Shown here one piece after another: positions 17,465 to 26,930 of a DNA stretch of 58,822 nucleotides (positions are counted from its first letter, which is position 1; every line of letters begins with the position of its first letter). The stretch is from Candidatus Omnitrophota bacterium (GTDB lineage: Bacteria > Omnitrophota > Gorgyraeia > Duberdicusellales > 4484-171), in NCBI GenBank assembly GCA_018818105.1, contig JAHISK010000130.1:1-58822 (forward strand), in the 5' to 3' direction. The notes beneath the pieces were generated by a model. It worked only from the letters and a program-made list of their open reading frames with translations. It searched no databases and had not been told where the DNA came from. A program made the position numbers and the translations under genes.

Positions 17465-17695
17465 CTATACCGCGGGAACAAATGCTTTTTGCGGTTTATA
17501 CGCGGATAAAAAACACAACTTGCACACATAAACGGCTGACTTATCATCGACCCCAACTTTATTTTTAAATTCTTCACCGTCTTTTAATAAAGACCCTATT
17601 TGAGCGTAGGCCCTTTCAGATAGAATAACTATCTTATCTTTTTCTTTTTCACGTCCGCAAATCCGACACTTCATCGTAACGCTTTTATCCATCAT
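17465..17695 (-). CDS. Small zinc-finger-like hypothetical protein
   Basis: CRIC ... CKLC pairs. Confidence 0.6.
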   Translation of the reverse strand: MMDKSVTMKCRICGREKEKDKIVILSERAYAQIGSLLKDGEEFKNKVGVDDKSAVYVCKLCFLSAYKPQKAFVPAV

Positions 17696-17697
17696 GA

Positions 17698-18078
17698 TTA
17701 TTTCTCCGCTAAAACTCTACTTATAGCATCGAGGAGATCTTCCCTGAAAACAGGTTTTGCTAAAAGGTGATAATTGCCCGCTTTTTTTATCATCTGTTCA
17801 TCTTCTTTTGTGTTAAGGCCGGTTAAGAAAATTATAGGAATAGCATAGGTCAAAGAATCTTGTGAAAGAATTTGAGAAATTTCTCCTCCCATCATATCAG
17901 GAAGAATAATATCTAGAATAATCAAATCCGGCTTAGAATTTTTCGCTAACTCGACAGCCTCTTTTCCGCTAGTAGTAGCAATCACTTCATAATTAGCACC
18001 GCTTAATATCTTTTCTATAAACGTAAGAATCGCTTGATCATCATCTACTATTAGTATTTTTTTTATATTATTTGCCAT
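17698..18078 (-). CDS. Single-domain response regulator (paralog of 16226..16606)
   Basis: ILIVDDD, LIILDIILPDMMG, FLTG, AKP. Confidence 0.92.
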   Translation of the reverse strand: MANNIKKILIVDDDQAILTFIEKILSGANYEVIATTSGKEAVELAKNSKPDLIILDIILPDMMGGEISQILSQDSLTYAIPIIFLTGLNTKEDEQMIKKAGNYHLLAKPVFREDLLDAISRVLAEK

Positions 18079-18180
18079 CTTTTACAAGAAAATTCATTTA
18101 GGCGAATTATTTAGATTTTCAGTGGTATAGAAAATCTTATAATTCCCAATACCGTAAATTATCACTAATTTTTCAATCTG

Positions 18181-18375
18181 TCAAGATACTTTCGGCTTAT
18201 CAACAAGAGCTTTTTCAATTAAAATTCTTAATTTATTAACTAACATTCTCGGCAAACGAAATTGAGAAGTCAATGTTGGCGTTGAAATCACAAACTCAAA
18301 CATATTCGGATTATCTTTAACTTTACGGATAGATACTTCCATACGAAATCCACTACTACTCATTGTCACCTCCAT
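18181..18375 (-). CDS. Small hypothetical protein (start may be ATG 18363)
   Basis: GGAGG lies inside the annotated 5' end, before the second Met; protein-like composition. Confidence 0.6.
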   Translation of the reverse strand: MEVTMSSSGFRMEVSIRKVKDNPNMFEFVISTPTLTSQFRLPRMLVNKLRILIEKALVDKPKVS

Positions 18376-18379
18376 CTTA

Positions 18380-18463
18380 AACGAAGGACGAGATACGAAA
18401 GACGATGGACGAAAAATAAAACTCTCTTCATTCGTCCTTCATCCTTCTTCCCTCGTGCTTCGT
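18380..18463. repeat. Heptamer hairpin (ggacgaa/ttcgtcc family)
   Basis: acgaagg acgagat acgaaag acgatgg acgaa / ttcgtcc ttcatcc ... ctcgtgc ttcgt. Confidence 0.75.
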
Positions 18464-18464
18464 T

Positions 18465-20339
18465 TTAATAATCTTTTAGCGCTTTCTCCAACACCGGATT
18501 AGTTATCCCTAATTCTTTAGCTTTCTTATAATTGACGCCAGCTAATTTAAAATTATTCTTTCTCAAATATATCACCGCTAAATTATTATAGGCTTCGGCG
18601 TAGCTGGAATTATTTTTTATCGCTTTTCGATACGCTGCCACCGCCCCCTGATCTCTATCAAAATTAACATAAATATTACCTAAATTATAATAAGCGTCAG
18701 CATCATAAGGATTAATTTCTACCGCCTTCCGCAGAAAAAATAAAGCCTTATCATTATCGCGCGTATAGGTATGTATTATCCCTAAATTACAGTACGCGCC
18801 GGCAAAAAAAGGATTATTTTTTATTGCCTTTTCATAAGCGCTTATTGCCTTTCCATAATCTTGGTTATACATATATATATTACCTAGATTATAAAACCCT
18901 TGAGCGTAATTAGGGTCTATTTCTATTGCCCTCGTGTAAAATTTGAACGCTTTTTGAAAATCTTTCTTACTACTGTAAAGAAGCCCTATGTTATTATATA
19001 TATAAGCGTCTTTAGAATTAAGTTTCAAAGCTATACCATAAGCCTCTAACGCTTTATCAAAATCACCCCTTTCTTTATACGCCACGCCAAGATTATTATA
19101 AAGGCGGCTACTGGAAGCATATTTTAAAGTTTGTTGGTACAAAGTTACAGAATCTCGCCAATATCTATTTTGCTTAATTGTTAGAAAAGAACAAGCCCCT
19201 ACTATAATTAAAGATATTACTACGGCTATTATTATTTGTTTTCGACCTTTAAAAAGAACGCTTATTATCTTAGCCGCGATAAGAAAAAAACCAATAGACG
19301 GCAAATACAGCCAGTGTTGAGCCATATAAGCGTTAAGGGGATATATATTAGAAACCGGTAGAATTGTCACAAAAAAACACATTATAGAAAAAAACAAAAA
19401 AGTATTTTTTCGTTTCATTACGGCAACAACCAATAAAAACAATGATAAAAAAATACCCATTATACATTTAGGGTCAAACACAGAAAATAATTTGTTTCCA
19501 TATTCCATATGAAGATTAACCGGCGCGATTAATAATTTTAGATACCGCGTTATAGCAACAAAAAAACCCGGTATTCGCCGCCACATAGTTGTCACACTAT
19601 CACCCGCGGATAACATATCTTTTAAAAATGTAATTCGCAACAAACAATATCCGACCGCAATAACCACTAAGGAGAAGAAAAGCTTGGTGTTAATCTTTCT
19701 TTTAAAAGTGTAATGGTAAAGCAATAATATAATCGGTAGAATTAAGCTATTTTCTCTAGTCAATAAAGCTGCCGCGTAACTTATTATTACAATTATATAA
19801 TTATTAATATTTATCTTTTCCGATGATTGCCGAAGGCTTGATCTTATATAAAAAATCGAGCAAACTATCATAAATACGGCCGCCGCCGAATCCGCCCCCC
19901 CTGATATATAAGTAACAGCTCCTGTATGTATAGGATGAACTACAAACAATAACCCCGTAAAAAAAGAAATTAATCTATCTTTAAAAATTAATAAACTCAA
20001 CCAAAAGATACCGATAGCAACACAAATATGACATAGAATATTTAATAAATGATAACCCCTTACATCTGCCCCCCATAAAGCATAACCTACCATATAAGAC
20101 ACTATCTGCAGAGGGCGATAAGAATTTGATTGAACACCGGCGCCTTCTCCGATACCGCGCGTAAACACTTTATCTAAATGCGCGAAACTGCGTATATACA
20201 TATTATCTTTAATCAATACCATATCGTCCCAAACAAACTCCCCGTTGATCGCGTTATGATACGATACCAACCCCGCGATTACTATCGCCGCCATTGACAA
20301 TATGTATATCCATCTTTTTCTTATAACGATCTGTTTCAT
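18465..20339 (-). CDS. TMTC-like GT-C glycosyltransferase (protein O-mannosyltransferase-like) with C-terminal TPRs
   Basis: FVWDD, YRPL, HPIHTGAV, LYLPSIG, multiple TM helices, about 6 TPR repeats. Confidence 0.85.
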   Translation of the reverse strand: MKQIVIRKRWIYILSMAAIVIAGLVSYHNAINGEFVWDDMVLIKDNMYIRSFAHLDKVFTRGIGEGAGVQSNSYRPLQIVSYMVGYALWGADVRGYHLLNILCHICVAIGIFWLSLLIFKDRLISFFTGLLFVVHPIHTGAVTYISGGADSAAAVFMIVCSIFYIRSSLRQSSEKININNYIIVIISYAAALLTRENSLILPIILLLYHYTFKRKINTKLFFSLVVIAVGYCLLRITFLKDMLSAGDSVTTMWRRIPGFFVAITRYLKLLIAPVNLHMEYGNKLFSVFDPKCIMGIFLSLFLLVVAVMKRKNTFLFFSIMCFFVTILPVSNIYPLNAYMAQHWLYLPSIGFFLIAAKIISVLFKGRKQIIIAVVISLIIVGACSFLTIKQNRYWRDSVTLYQQTLKYASSSRLYNNLGVAYKERGDFDKALEAYGIALKLNSKDAYIYNNIGLLYSSKKDFQKAFKFYTRAIEIDPNYAQGFYNLGNIYMYNQDYGKAISAYEKAIKNNPFFAGAYCNLGIIHTYTRDNDKALFFLRKAVEINPYDADAYYNLGNIYVNFDRDQGAVAAYRKAIKNNSSYAEAYNNLAVIYLRKNNFKLAGVNYKKAKELGITNPVLEKALKDY

Positions 20340-20344
20340 AATTT

Positions 20345-20385
20345 GTCCTCCGTCCTCCGTCTTCAGTCTTCAGTCTTCGATCTTT
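20345..20385. repeat. Heptamer array gtcctcc/gtcttca (single arm)
   Basis: gtcctcc gtcctcc gtcttca gtcttca gtcttcg fills the aroC-TMTC gap. Confidence 0.75.
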
Positions 20386-20387
20386 GA

Positions 20388-21539
20388 TCATCTTTTAACT
20401 GTTTTTACATAATTCTGATAATTCGTTTTTATTTCTTTCAATGTGTCTTGCCCAAACTTATCCAGAAATAATTCTGTTACAGCAATAGCCGCCATAGACT
20501 CAGCAATAACTCCGCAAGCGGCAACCGCGACGGTATCAGCCCTCTCTACCATAGCCTTTTCTTTCTTTCCAGTAATAAGATCAACAGAATCAAGCGGTTT
20601 TCTTAAGGTCGCAATGGGTTTCATTGCTGCCCTAAAAACAATAACTTCGCCATTAGACATCCCGCCTTCTATGCCGCCGGAATTATTTGTTTGGTGATAA
20701 ATCCCTTTACCATGCTCAGAATAAATAGCGTCATGGGAAGCGCTTCCCTTTTGTTTGGCATACTCAAACCCCAACCCATTCTCAACGCCTTTGATAGCGG
20801 GAATACTCATAAGATAATAGGCTACTCTCGCGTCTAATCTCCTATCAAAATGCATGAAGCTGCCCACGCCGGGAATAAGGCCTTCTATCCAAACTTCTAC
20901 GAGTCCCCCTAAACTATCTTTGCTTTCATCGGCTTTCTTTATTTGAGAAATCATCTCTCTTTCAGCGTCTCTATCAATACAGTTTAATTTTGAATGTTCA
21001 GTTTTAGTTATTATTTCTTCAATATTTTTAGGTTTCTTTTTACTAATAACCCTACCCACACTTACCGTAAAACTTGCTACTTTTATATTAAATTTAAGAA
21101 GAAATTGTTTACAAACCGCGCCGACGCAAACTCTTGCCACAGTTTCTCTAGCTGAAGACCGTTCTAAAATATTTCTCACGTCATTTTCCTGATACTTAAT
21201 GGCCCCGGCAAAATCAGCATGAGCAGGACGAGGAATAGTTAACGCTTCTAAATCATCTTTCTTTCGCGAAAAAATTCTAGCGTCTCTGTTCTTAACCAGC
21301 ATTGTTATCGGACTGCCTAAAGTAACCTTATTCCGCATCCCGGAAACAATCTTAACTTTATCTTCTTCAATTTTCATTCGCCCGCCACGGCCAAAACCAG
21401 ACATTCTCCGTTTAAGCTCATCATTAATAAAATCCTGGCATATAGTTACTCCTTTAGGAAAACCTTCTAATATTGCCGAAATATATTCACCATGAGACTC
21501 ACCGGCAGTTAATATCCTCATAATATTTTCCTCCTTCAA
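20388..21539 (-). CDS. aroC: Chorismate synthase
   Basis: TAGESHG, PRPAHAD, ERSSARET, GGIEGGMSNG, MKPIATL. Confidence 0.96.
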   Translation of the reverse strand: MKEENIMRILTAGESHGEYISAILEGFPKGVTICQDFINDELKRRMSGFGRGGRMKIEEDKVKIVSGMRNKVTLGSPITMLVKNRDARIFSRKKDDLEALTIPRPAHADFAGAIKYQENDVRNILERSSARETVARVCVGAVCKQFLLKFNIKVASFTVSVGRVISKKKPKNIEEIITKTEHSKLNCIDRDAEREMISQIKKADESKDSLGGLVEVWIEGLIPGVGSFMHFDRRLDARVAYYLMSIPAIKGVENGLGFEYAKQKGSASHDAIYSEHGKGIYHQTNNSGGIEGGMSNGEVIVFRAAMKPIATLRKPLDSVDLITGKKEKAMVERADTVAVAACGVIAESMAAIAVTELFLDKFGQDTLKEIKTNYQNYVKTVKR

Positions 21540-21540
21540 A

Positions 21541-22353
21541 TTAAAAGATCAACGCCAAAATCCTATTCCCCCACAAAAAATAAACTAATGTCGCTAAAGA
21601 TAAATACGGTAAATAGGGAATAAGATGCGTCTTCTTAAAAATAAGCGCGCCTACGGCATAAATCAAACCGAAAAACGGAGCGACAAAAAACACAAGGATT
21701 ACCGCTTTTACACCCAGAAAAGCGCCTACCATTCCCATAAAATCAACGTCGCCTAACCCTAAAGATTCTGTTTCCCCCTCTATTGATTCTTTTTTACGTA
21801 TGGCTAAATAAATATTTAAAAGCGCATCGCCAAAGAGCTTAAAAAGATACGTAAACCCCAACCCAAAAATAAGACCTCTTATAGAGTAATAAATAGGCAG
21901 CGACGTAAAATCCACATCGAATTTCAACAGGCCTACGCTTCGCGTTAAACTAATAACTACCGCGACTGCTATTCCTAAAAAACATAAGTATACCGGAATA
22001 GCAAAATATTTTATATCTATAAAAGAAATAACAATACACAAACAAAAAAGAAAAGCGTATTTTAAAAAGCTTAAAGTTAACCCAAATTTTATGTATAAAA
22101 AAAGAAATAACACTGCCGTAATAAGTTCAACTATAGGATACCTGGGAGAGATCTTTTCTTTACAAAATCGGCACTTACCTTTTAAGAACAAATATCCAAA
22201 GATAGGCACATTGTCATACCATTTAAGAGGTTTTTCACATTTTGGACAAAAAGATGATGGCTGTACAATGGAAACATTTTTAGGTAACCGGTAAATACAA
22301 ACGTTTAAAAAACTACCTAAACAAGCGCCTAAAACAACCATGAAAATATTCAT
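21541..22353 (-). CDS. pilD: Type IV prepilin peptidase
   Basis: GSFLNVCIYRLP, CPKC, CRFC, ISPRYPIVE, GLGDV, IPYLPYL. Confidence 0.93.
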   Translation of the reverse strand: MNIFMVVLGACLGSFLNVCIYRLPKNVSIVQPSSFCPKCEKPLKWYDNVPIFGYLFLKGKCRFCKEKISPRYPIVELITAVLFLFLYIKFGLTLSFLKYAFLFCLCIVISFIDIKYFAIPVYLCFLGIAVAVVISLTRSVGLLKFDVDFTSLPIYYSIRGLIFGLGFTYLFKLFGDALLNIYLAIRKKESIEGETESLGLGDVDFMGMVGAFLGVKAVILVFFVAPFFGLIYAVGALIFKKTHLIPYLPYLSLATLVYFLWGNRILALIF

Positions 22354-22374
22354 TTATTTTCTCCTTTTAAATAC

Positions 22375-22506
22375 GTAGGGGCGTCGCTTGCCTACGCCCG
22401 TAATAATATAAAATGATTAACAATTGAATGAACATATCATTATACCAAATCATATTCATGATATAATCATAATTAATAATCGGGCGCAGGCAAGCGGCGC
22501 CCCTAC
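22375..22506 (+). mobile_element. Pair of inverted GTAG-type REP sequences bracketing a RAYT fragment
   Basis: GTAGGGGCGTCGCTTGCCTACGCCCG and CGGGCGCAGGCAAGCGGCGCCCCTAC; the sequence between encodes EHIIIPNHIHDIII (HUH motif as in RAYT MPNHxHGII). Confidence 0.8.
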
Positions 22507-23450
22507 TATATTATACCTAATTTATCGTTTAAAGCTTTACGCATTACCTCAACCGGCGCCGATTGATTCATCCAAAATTCCCATGCCAAAACACCCTGAT
22601 ACAAAAGCATACCTAACCCGCCGGCAACGCCTTTACATTTTTTCTCTTTCGCGTCTTTTATCAATTGCGTTTCTCTATTATACACTACATCATATACATA
22701 TAAATCTTTGCGCAATAAATTTTTATCGATAGCTGAACAGTTATCGCCTTCTTTCATTCCTATGGGTGTGGCATTAACTACTAACTGACATTGAGTTACA
22801 ACCTCTACTACTTTTTCATTATCATAGATAAATTCTAACCTATCTTCTACTATATCTGACTGTGTAGAAAAATGTCTTTTTGCCGAATCAACGGACTCTT
22901 TATTACTATCACATACAAATATTTTTTTAACTCCCATACCTGCCTGCATTAAACCGGCAATAATTGCTCTTCCCGCGCCGCCGCAGCCAATAAGAAGAAT
23001 GTTTTTATCGACTGTATTAAACTTTAAATCCTCCCGCAATGATTTAACAAACCCTTGCGCGTCAGTATTTCGATAGATTAATTTATCACCAATTCTTTTT
23101 ACTGTATTTATTGCCCCTGTTAAAACTACCAATTCATTATCATACCTTACAGCTATCTCTTTTACTGGTGTCTGCAAGGTTTTCACCTTATAAGGAACTG
23201 TGATATTAAACCCTTCAACCTTTTCAGCAAGGATAGAATTACCATTAGTATCTTCTACATCGATATTCCCTTGCAAAAAACCTCGCAAATTTTCTGGTTT
23301 AACTTCAAACAAACGGTACTCCGCGTCAATTTTACATTCTCTAAACGCGGCGTTGTGCATTGCAGGTGATAAGCTATGTTTAACAGGATATCCGATTAAT
23401 CCATAGATTTTAGGTAAGGACTTTTTCATTGAAAAATTAACAATTAACAT
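22506..23450 (-). CDS. aroE: Shikimate dehydrogenase (true start probably ATG 23429)
   Basis: GYPVKHSLSP.MHN, NITVPYK, NTDAQGF, GCGGAGRA, NATPIGM, GLGMLLYQG. Confidence 0.95.
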   Translation of the reverse strand: MLIVNFSMKKSLPKIYGLIGYPVKHSLSPAMHNAAFRECKIDAEYRLFEVKPENLRGFLQGNIDVEDTNGNSILAEKVEGFNITVPYKVKTLQTPVKEIAVRYDNELVVLTGAINTVKRIGDKLIYRNTDAQGFVKSLREDLKFNTVDKNILLIGCGGAGRAIIAGLMQAGMGVKKIFVCDSNKESVDSAKRHFSTQSDIVEDRLEFIYDNEKVVEVVTQCQLVVNATPIGMKEGDNCSAIDKNLLRKDLYVYDVVYNRETQLIKDAKEKKCKGVAGGLGMLLYQGVLAWEFWMNQSAPVEVMRKALNDKLGII

Positions 23451-23500
23451 TTAGCATTTTTAATTGATAACTGATAAATGCTAAATTTCATTATTACTTT

Positions 23501-25009
23501 TTATAGAACTATTTTATTTATAGCGTCAAGATACGCTTTTGTTGACGCCTCTAGAATATCAGTGCTTGCGCCTCTGCCAATGGCGGTTTTATTTTTAACT
23601 TTCACCTCAACTCTTACAGAACCTTGAGCGTCTTTACCGATAGTAAGGGCATCTATCTTATAGGTGAGTAACTTCGCTTTTACTTTAGTAATTTTATCTA
23701 TAGCTTTATAACAGGCGTCTACCGGCCCATCTCCACACGATGTTGCCTGACAATCCTTTTTCTTATATTTTATTGTTACAGTTGCCTCAGGAATAATGTC
23801 TGTTCCTGTTACCACTTTTATAGAAACCAACTCATAAACTTTTTTCTTTTCTCTTGTTTCTTCCTCCGCTAAAGCGATTAAATCGTCGTCAAAAACCTCT
23901 TTCTTCTTATCAGCCAACTCTTTAAACCGTTTAAAAATATCGTCTAATCTTTCCGGCGGCAATATAAACCCTAAATCTTTTAATCTTCTCATTAAGGCAT
24001 GTCGCCCTGAATGCTTACCCAAAATAATTGAACTTTTCCCAATTCCTACGTCTTTGGGATCCATTATTTCATACGTGTCCCTTTTCTTTAAAACCGCGTC
24101 CTGATGAATCCCTGATTCATGACTAAAGGCGTTTTTTCCCACAATCGCTTTATTGGGAGGAACAACAAACCCCGTAAGGTTACTTACCAATTTTGAAGTA
24201 CGATAAATCTCTTTTGTATTAATACCGGTTATAAGATTTTTAAAAGCGTCTTTACGTGTCTTTATTGCCATGACCACTTCTTCTAAAGAAGCGTTGCCCG
24301 CCCTCTCGCCTATACCATTTACCGTACAATGGATTTGTCTTGCTCCGGCTAAAATCGCTGATAAAGAATTTGCCGCGGCTAACCCTAAATCATCATGACA
24401 ATGAATAGCAATAACCGCTTTATTGATATTAGGCACATTATTAAAAATATCGCTAATTAGCGAATAAATTTCCTGAGGATAACTGTACCCCACAGTATCG
24501 GGAATATTTATTGTACGGGCACCTTGATCAATTGCCGCCTCTACCACACGAAACAAAAAATCTCTTTGAGTCCTTGTCGCGTCTTCAGGAGAAAACTCAA
24601 CGTCATCACAAAGATTTCGCGCCATCTTAGTCGCCTTTTTGGCTAACGCCAGAATTTCACCTTCCGCCTTTTTAAACTTATACTTTAGATGTATTTTCGA
24701 CGTGGCAAGAAATATATGGATACGCCCGCTTGCCGCTTTCTTTAAAGCCTTAGCTACCGCTTCGATATCCGGGGCAAGACACCTCGCTAACCCGCATATA
24801 GCACTCTTCCTTATATTCTGCGCCACTAAACTTACCGCTTTAAAATCATCAGGGCTGGAGATAGGGAATCCCGCTTCAATAACGTCAACGCCTAACTTCT
24901 CCAACTGAAAAGCTATTTCCAGTTTTTGTTCAGACGTCAACGCCGCGCCCGGCGCCTGCTCTCCATCACGTAAAGTAGTGTCAAAAACAATAATCTTCTC
25001 TTTCTTCAT
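23501..25009 (-). CDS. leuA: 2-isopropylmalate synthase
   Basis: DTTLRDGEQ, HCHDDLG, GIGERAGN, HESGIHQD, GDGPVDA. Confidence 0.96.
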   Translation of the reverse strand: MKKEKIIVFDTTLRDGEQAPGAALTSEQKLEIAFQLEKLGVDVIEAGFPISSPDDFKAVSLVAQNIRKSAICGLARCLAPDIEAVAKALKKAASGRIHIFLATSKIHLKYKFKKAEGEILALAKKATKMARNLCDDVEFSPEDATRTQRDFLFRVVEAAIDQGARTINIPDTVGYSYPQEIYSLISDIFNNVPNINKAVIAIHCHDDLGLAAANSLSAILAGARQIHCTVNGIGERAGNASLEEVVMAIKTRKDAFKNLITGINTKEIYRTSKLVSNLTGFVVPPNKAIVGKNAFSHESGIHQDAVLKKRDTYEIMDPKDVGIGKSSIILGKHSGRHALMRRLKDLGFILPPERLDDIFKRFKELADKKKEVFDDDLIALAEEETREKKKVYELVSIKVVTGTDIIPEATVTIKYKKKDCQATSCGDGPVDACYKAIDKITKVKAKLLTYKIDALTIGKDAQGSVRVEVKVKNKTAIGRGASTDILEASTKAYLDAINKIVL

Positions 25010-25070
25010 ATAATCTGCCCCTTCTCCAATTTTAATCTTTTACTAAACACAAACAACTAAACACTAACCA

Positions 25071-26114
25071 CTACTTAATCCACGGCATCATCTTTCGTAG
25101 TTTCTGCCCGACTTTTTCTATTAAATGTTCTTTTTCCTGGTCTCTTAATGACTTAAATCTGGGAGCGCCGGCTTTATTTTCTAAAATCCATTCTCTAGCA
25201 AACTCACCTGACTGAATTTCCGAAAGAATATTCTTCATTTCTTTCTTTGTTCCATCAGTAATAATCCGTTTACCGCGAGTTAAATCTCCATATTCAGCTG
25301 TATTAGAAACAACATGGCGCATGCCGGCTATCCCTTTAGAATAAATCAAATCTGTAATTAACTTTAATTCATGTAAACATTCAAAATAAGCTATTTCAGG
25401 CTGATACCCAGCTTCAACTAATACCTCAAACCCTTTCTGCACAAGCGCTGTAACACCGCCGCACAACACAACCTGTTCACCAAATAAATCTGTTTCAGTT
25501 TCTTCTTTAAACGTTGTTTCTAAAACTCCCGCGCGCGCTCCACCTATGGCGCCGGCGTAGGCTAAAGCAATCTCTTTTGCGGTTTTTGTCGCGTCCTGAT
25601 AAATCGCGAACAAACAAGGAACTCCTTTACCCTCCTCATACTGTTCTCTTACTAAGGCTCCCGGTCCTTTAGGCGCGACCATATATACGTCAACATCAGC
25701 CGGAGGAACTATTTGATAATACCGAATATTAAATCCATGAGAAAACCCTAACGCTTTACCTTTAGTTAAATTCGGTTTGATTGATTCTTCATAAACCTTA
25801 GGTTGAATAGTATCCTGCGTTAAAATATGAATAATATCCGCTTCTTTAGAAGCATCGACCGCGGTTTTAACTTCAAACCCATCTTTCTTAGCCTGTTCAT
25901 AATTAGGCGTTCCTTTTAATTCAGAGATAATAACTTTAATTCCTGAATCTTTAAGGTTTAAAGCCTGAGCTCTTCCCTGCGCGCCGTACCCAATAATAGC
26001 TACAGTCTTTTGCTTTAAAATACTCATGTCGACATCCTGATCATAATAAACTTTAGTTTCATTCCCCTTCATAATAACTGCTTTTAAATCTGGATCATAC
26101 ACACCTTTTGTCAT
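25071..26114 (-). CDS. ilvC: Ketol-acid reductoisomerase
   Basis: [33 protein letters not shown]. Confidence 0.97.
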   Translation of the reverse strand: MTKGVYDPDLKAVIMKGNETKVYYDQDVDMSILKQKTVAIIGYGAQGRAQALNLKDSGIKVIISELKGTPNYEQAKKDGFEVKTAVDASKEADIIHILTQDTIQPKVYEESIKPNLTKGKALGFSHGFNIRYYQIVPPADVDVYMVAPKGPGALVREQYEEGKGVPCLFAIYQDATKTAKEIALAYAGAIGGARAGVLETTFKEETETDLFGEQVVLCGGVTALVQKGFEVLVEAGYQPEIAYFECLHELKLITDLIYSKGIAGMRHVVSNTAEYGDLTRGKRIITDGTKKEMKNILSEIQSGEFAREWILENKAGAPRFKSLRDQEKEHLIEKVGQKLRKMMPWIK

Positions 26115-26132
26115 TTCAAATCCCTCCTTTAA

Positions 26133-26217
26133 TAGCGGATAGCGTTTAGCGGGTAGCGTATAGAAAATCTAAAAATATTCTTCTCTATTTACTCTATACA
26201 CTATGCGCTATACGCTA
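26133..26217. repeat. Heptamer hairpin (tagcgta/tacgcta family)
   Basis: tagcgga tagcgtt tagcggg tagcgta tag / ctataca ctatgcg ctatacg cta. Confidence 0.8.
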
Positions 26218-26230
26218 AAATAAAATGTTT

Positions 26231-26704
26231 TCATTTCCCAATAGCAAGCCTACCCGTCCGTGCTAACTCCTGTACACCTAATTTTCTTAATTCTTTTAAG
26301 ATATCATCAATATTATGCCGATCAGCGCGAATTTCTAGAATATAATAATTGACCGCGTCTTCAACGATTTCCACAGGATATTTCTTAACAAGATTATCAA
26401 TAACCTCCCTGTCTTTTTTATTTTTATCTATTTTCGCTAAAAACAACTCTTTATCAATATACTCGCGCTTGGTAAAATCTACAACCTGAATTACATCTAT
26501 CAATTTGTTTAATTGCTTCTTTATTTGTTCTAAGATTTTTTCATCAGAAGTGTCAACCACAATTGTCATACATGAAACGGTTGAATCTTGAGTCTCTCCT
26601 ACCGCTAACGACTCAATATTATAACCTCGAGCGCTAAACAAAGAAGCAATCCTCGCTAAAACTCCAAACTTATTTTCAACTAATGCCTGAATTGTATGTT
26701 TCAT
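26231..26704 (-). CDS. ilvN: Acetolactate synthase small subunit; start revised to ATG 26704
   Basis: MKHTI..LVENKFGVLARIASLFSARGYNIESL, QLNKLIDV; AGGAGG RBS. Confidence 0.93.
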   Translation of the reverse strand: MKHTIQALVENKFGVLARIASLFSARGYNIESLAVGETQDSTVSCMTIVVDTSDEKILEQIKKQLNKLIDVIQVVDFTKREYIDKELFLAKIDKNKKDREVIDNLVKKYPVEIVEDAVNYYILEIRADRHNIDDILKELRKLGVQELARTGRLAIGK

Positions 26705-26728
26705 TTTTATCCTCCTAATGACCACATG

Positions 26729-26925
26729 GGTATTGTCAAAAATATTAATCTTCTCCCTCAGAGAAAATATCAAATATTAAAAAGCAAATATCAAAACGAC
26801 ATATTAAATTGTAAAATTACTAAAAAACTTAAAACTCTATCTTTTCTGCTTTTTGTTAAAATACATCTTTTCTTCATTTTGATTTTTACATTGTCATTTT
26901 GCCCTTTAATATTTAATCTTTGATT
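26729..26925. repeat. GGTATTGTCAAAA end plus hairpin family B (aaatatcaaaacgacatattaaa ... cattgtca..ttaatatttaatcttt)
   Basis: Near-identical arms recur at 52428-52556. Confidence 0.8.
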
Positions 26926-26930
26926 TACTC

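Noticed and set aside
22424-22732. 102-aa plus-strand ORF as a functional gene
   Set aside because: Only the first ~28 codons are RAYT-like; the rest is antisense to aroE.
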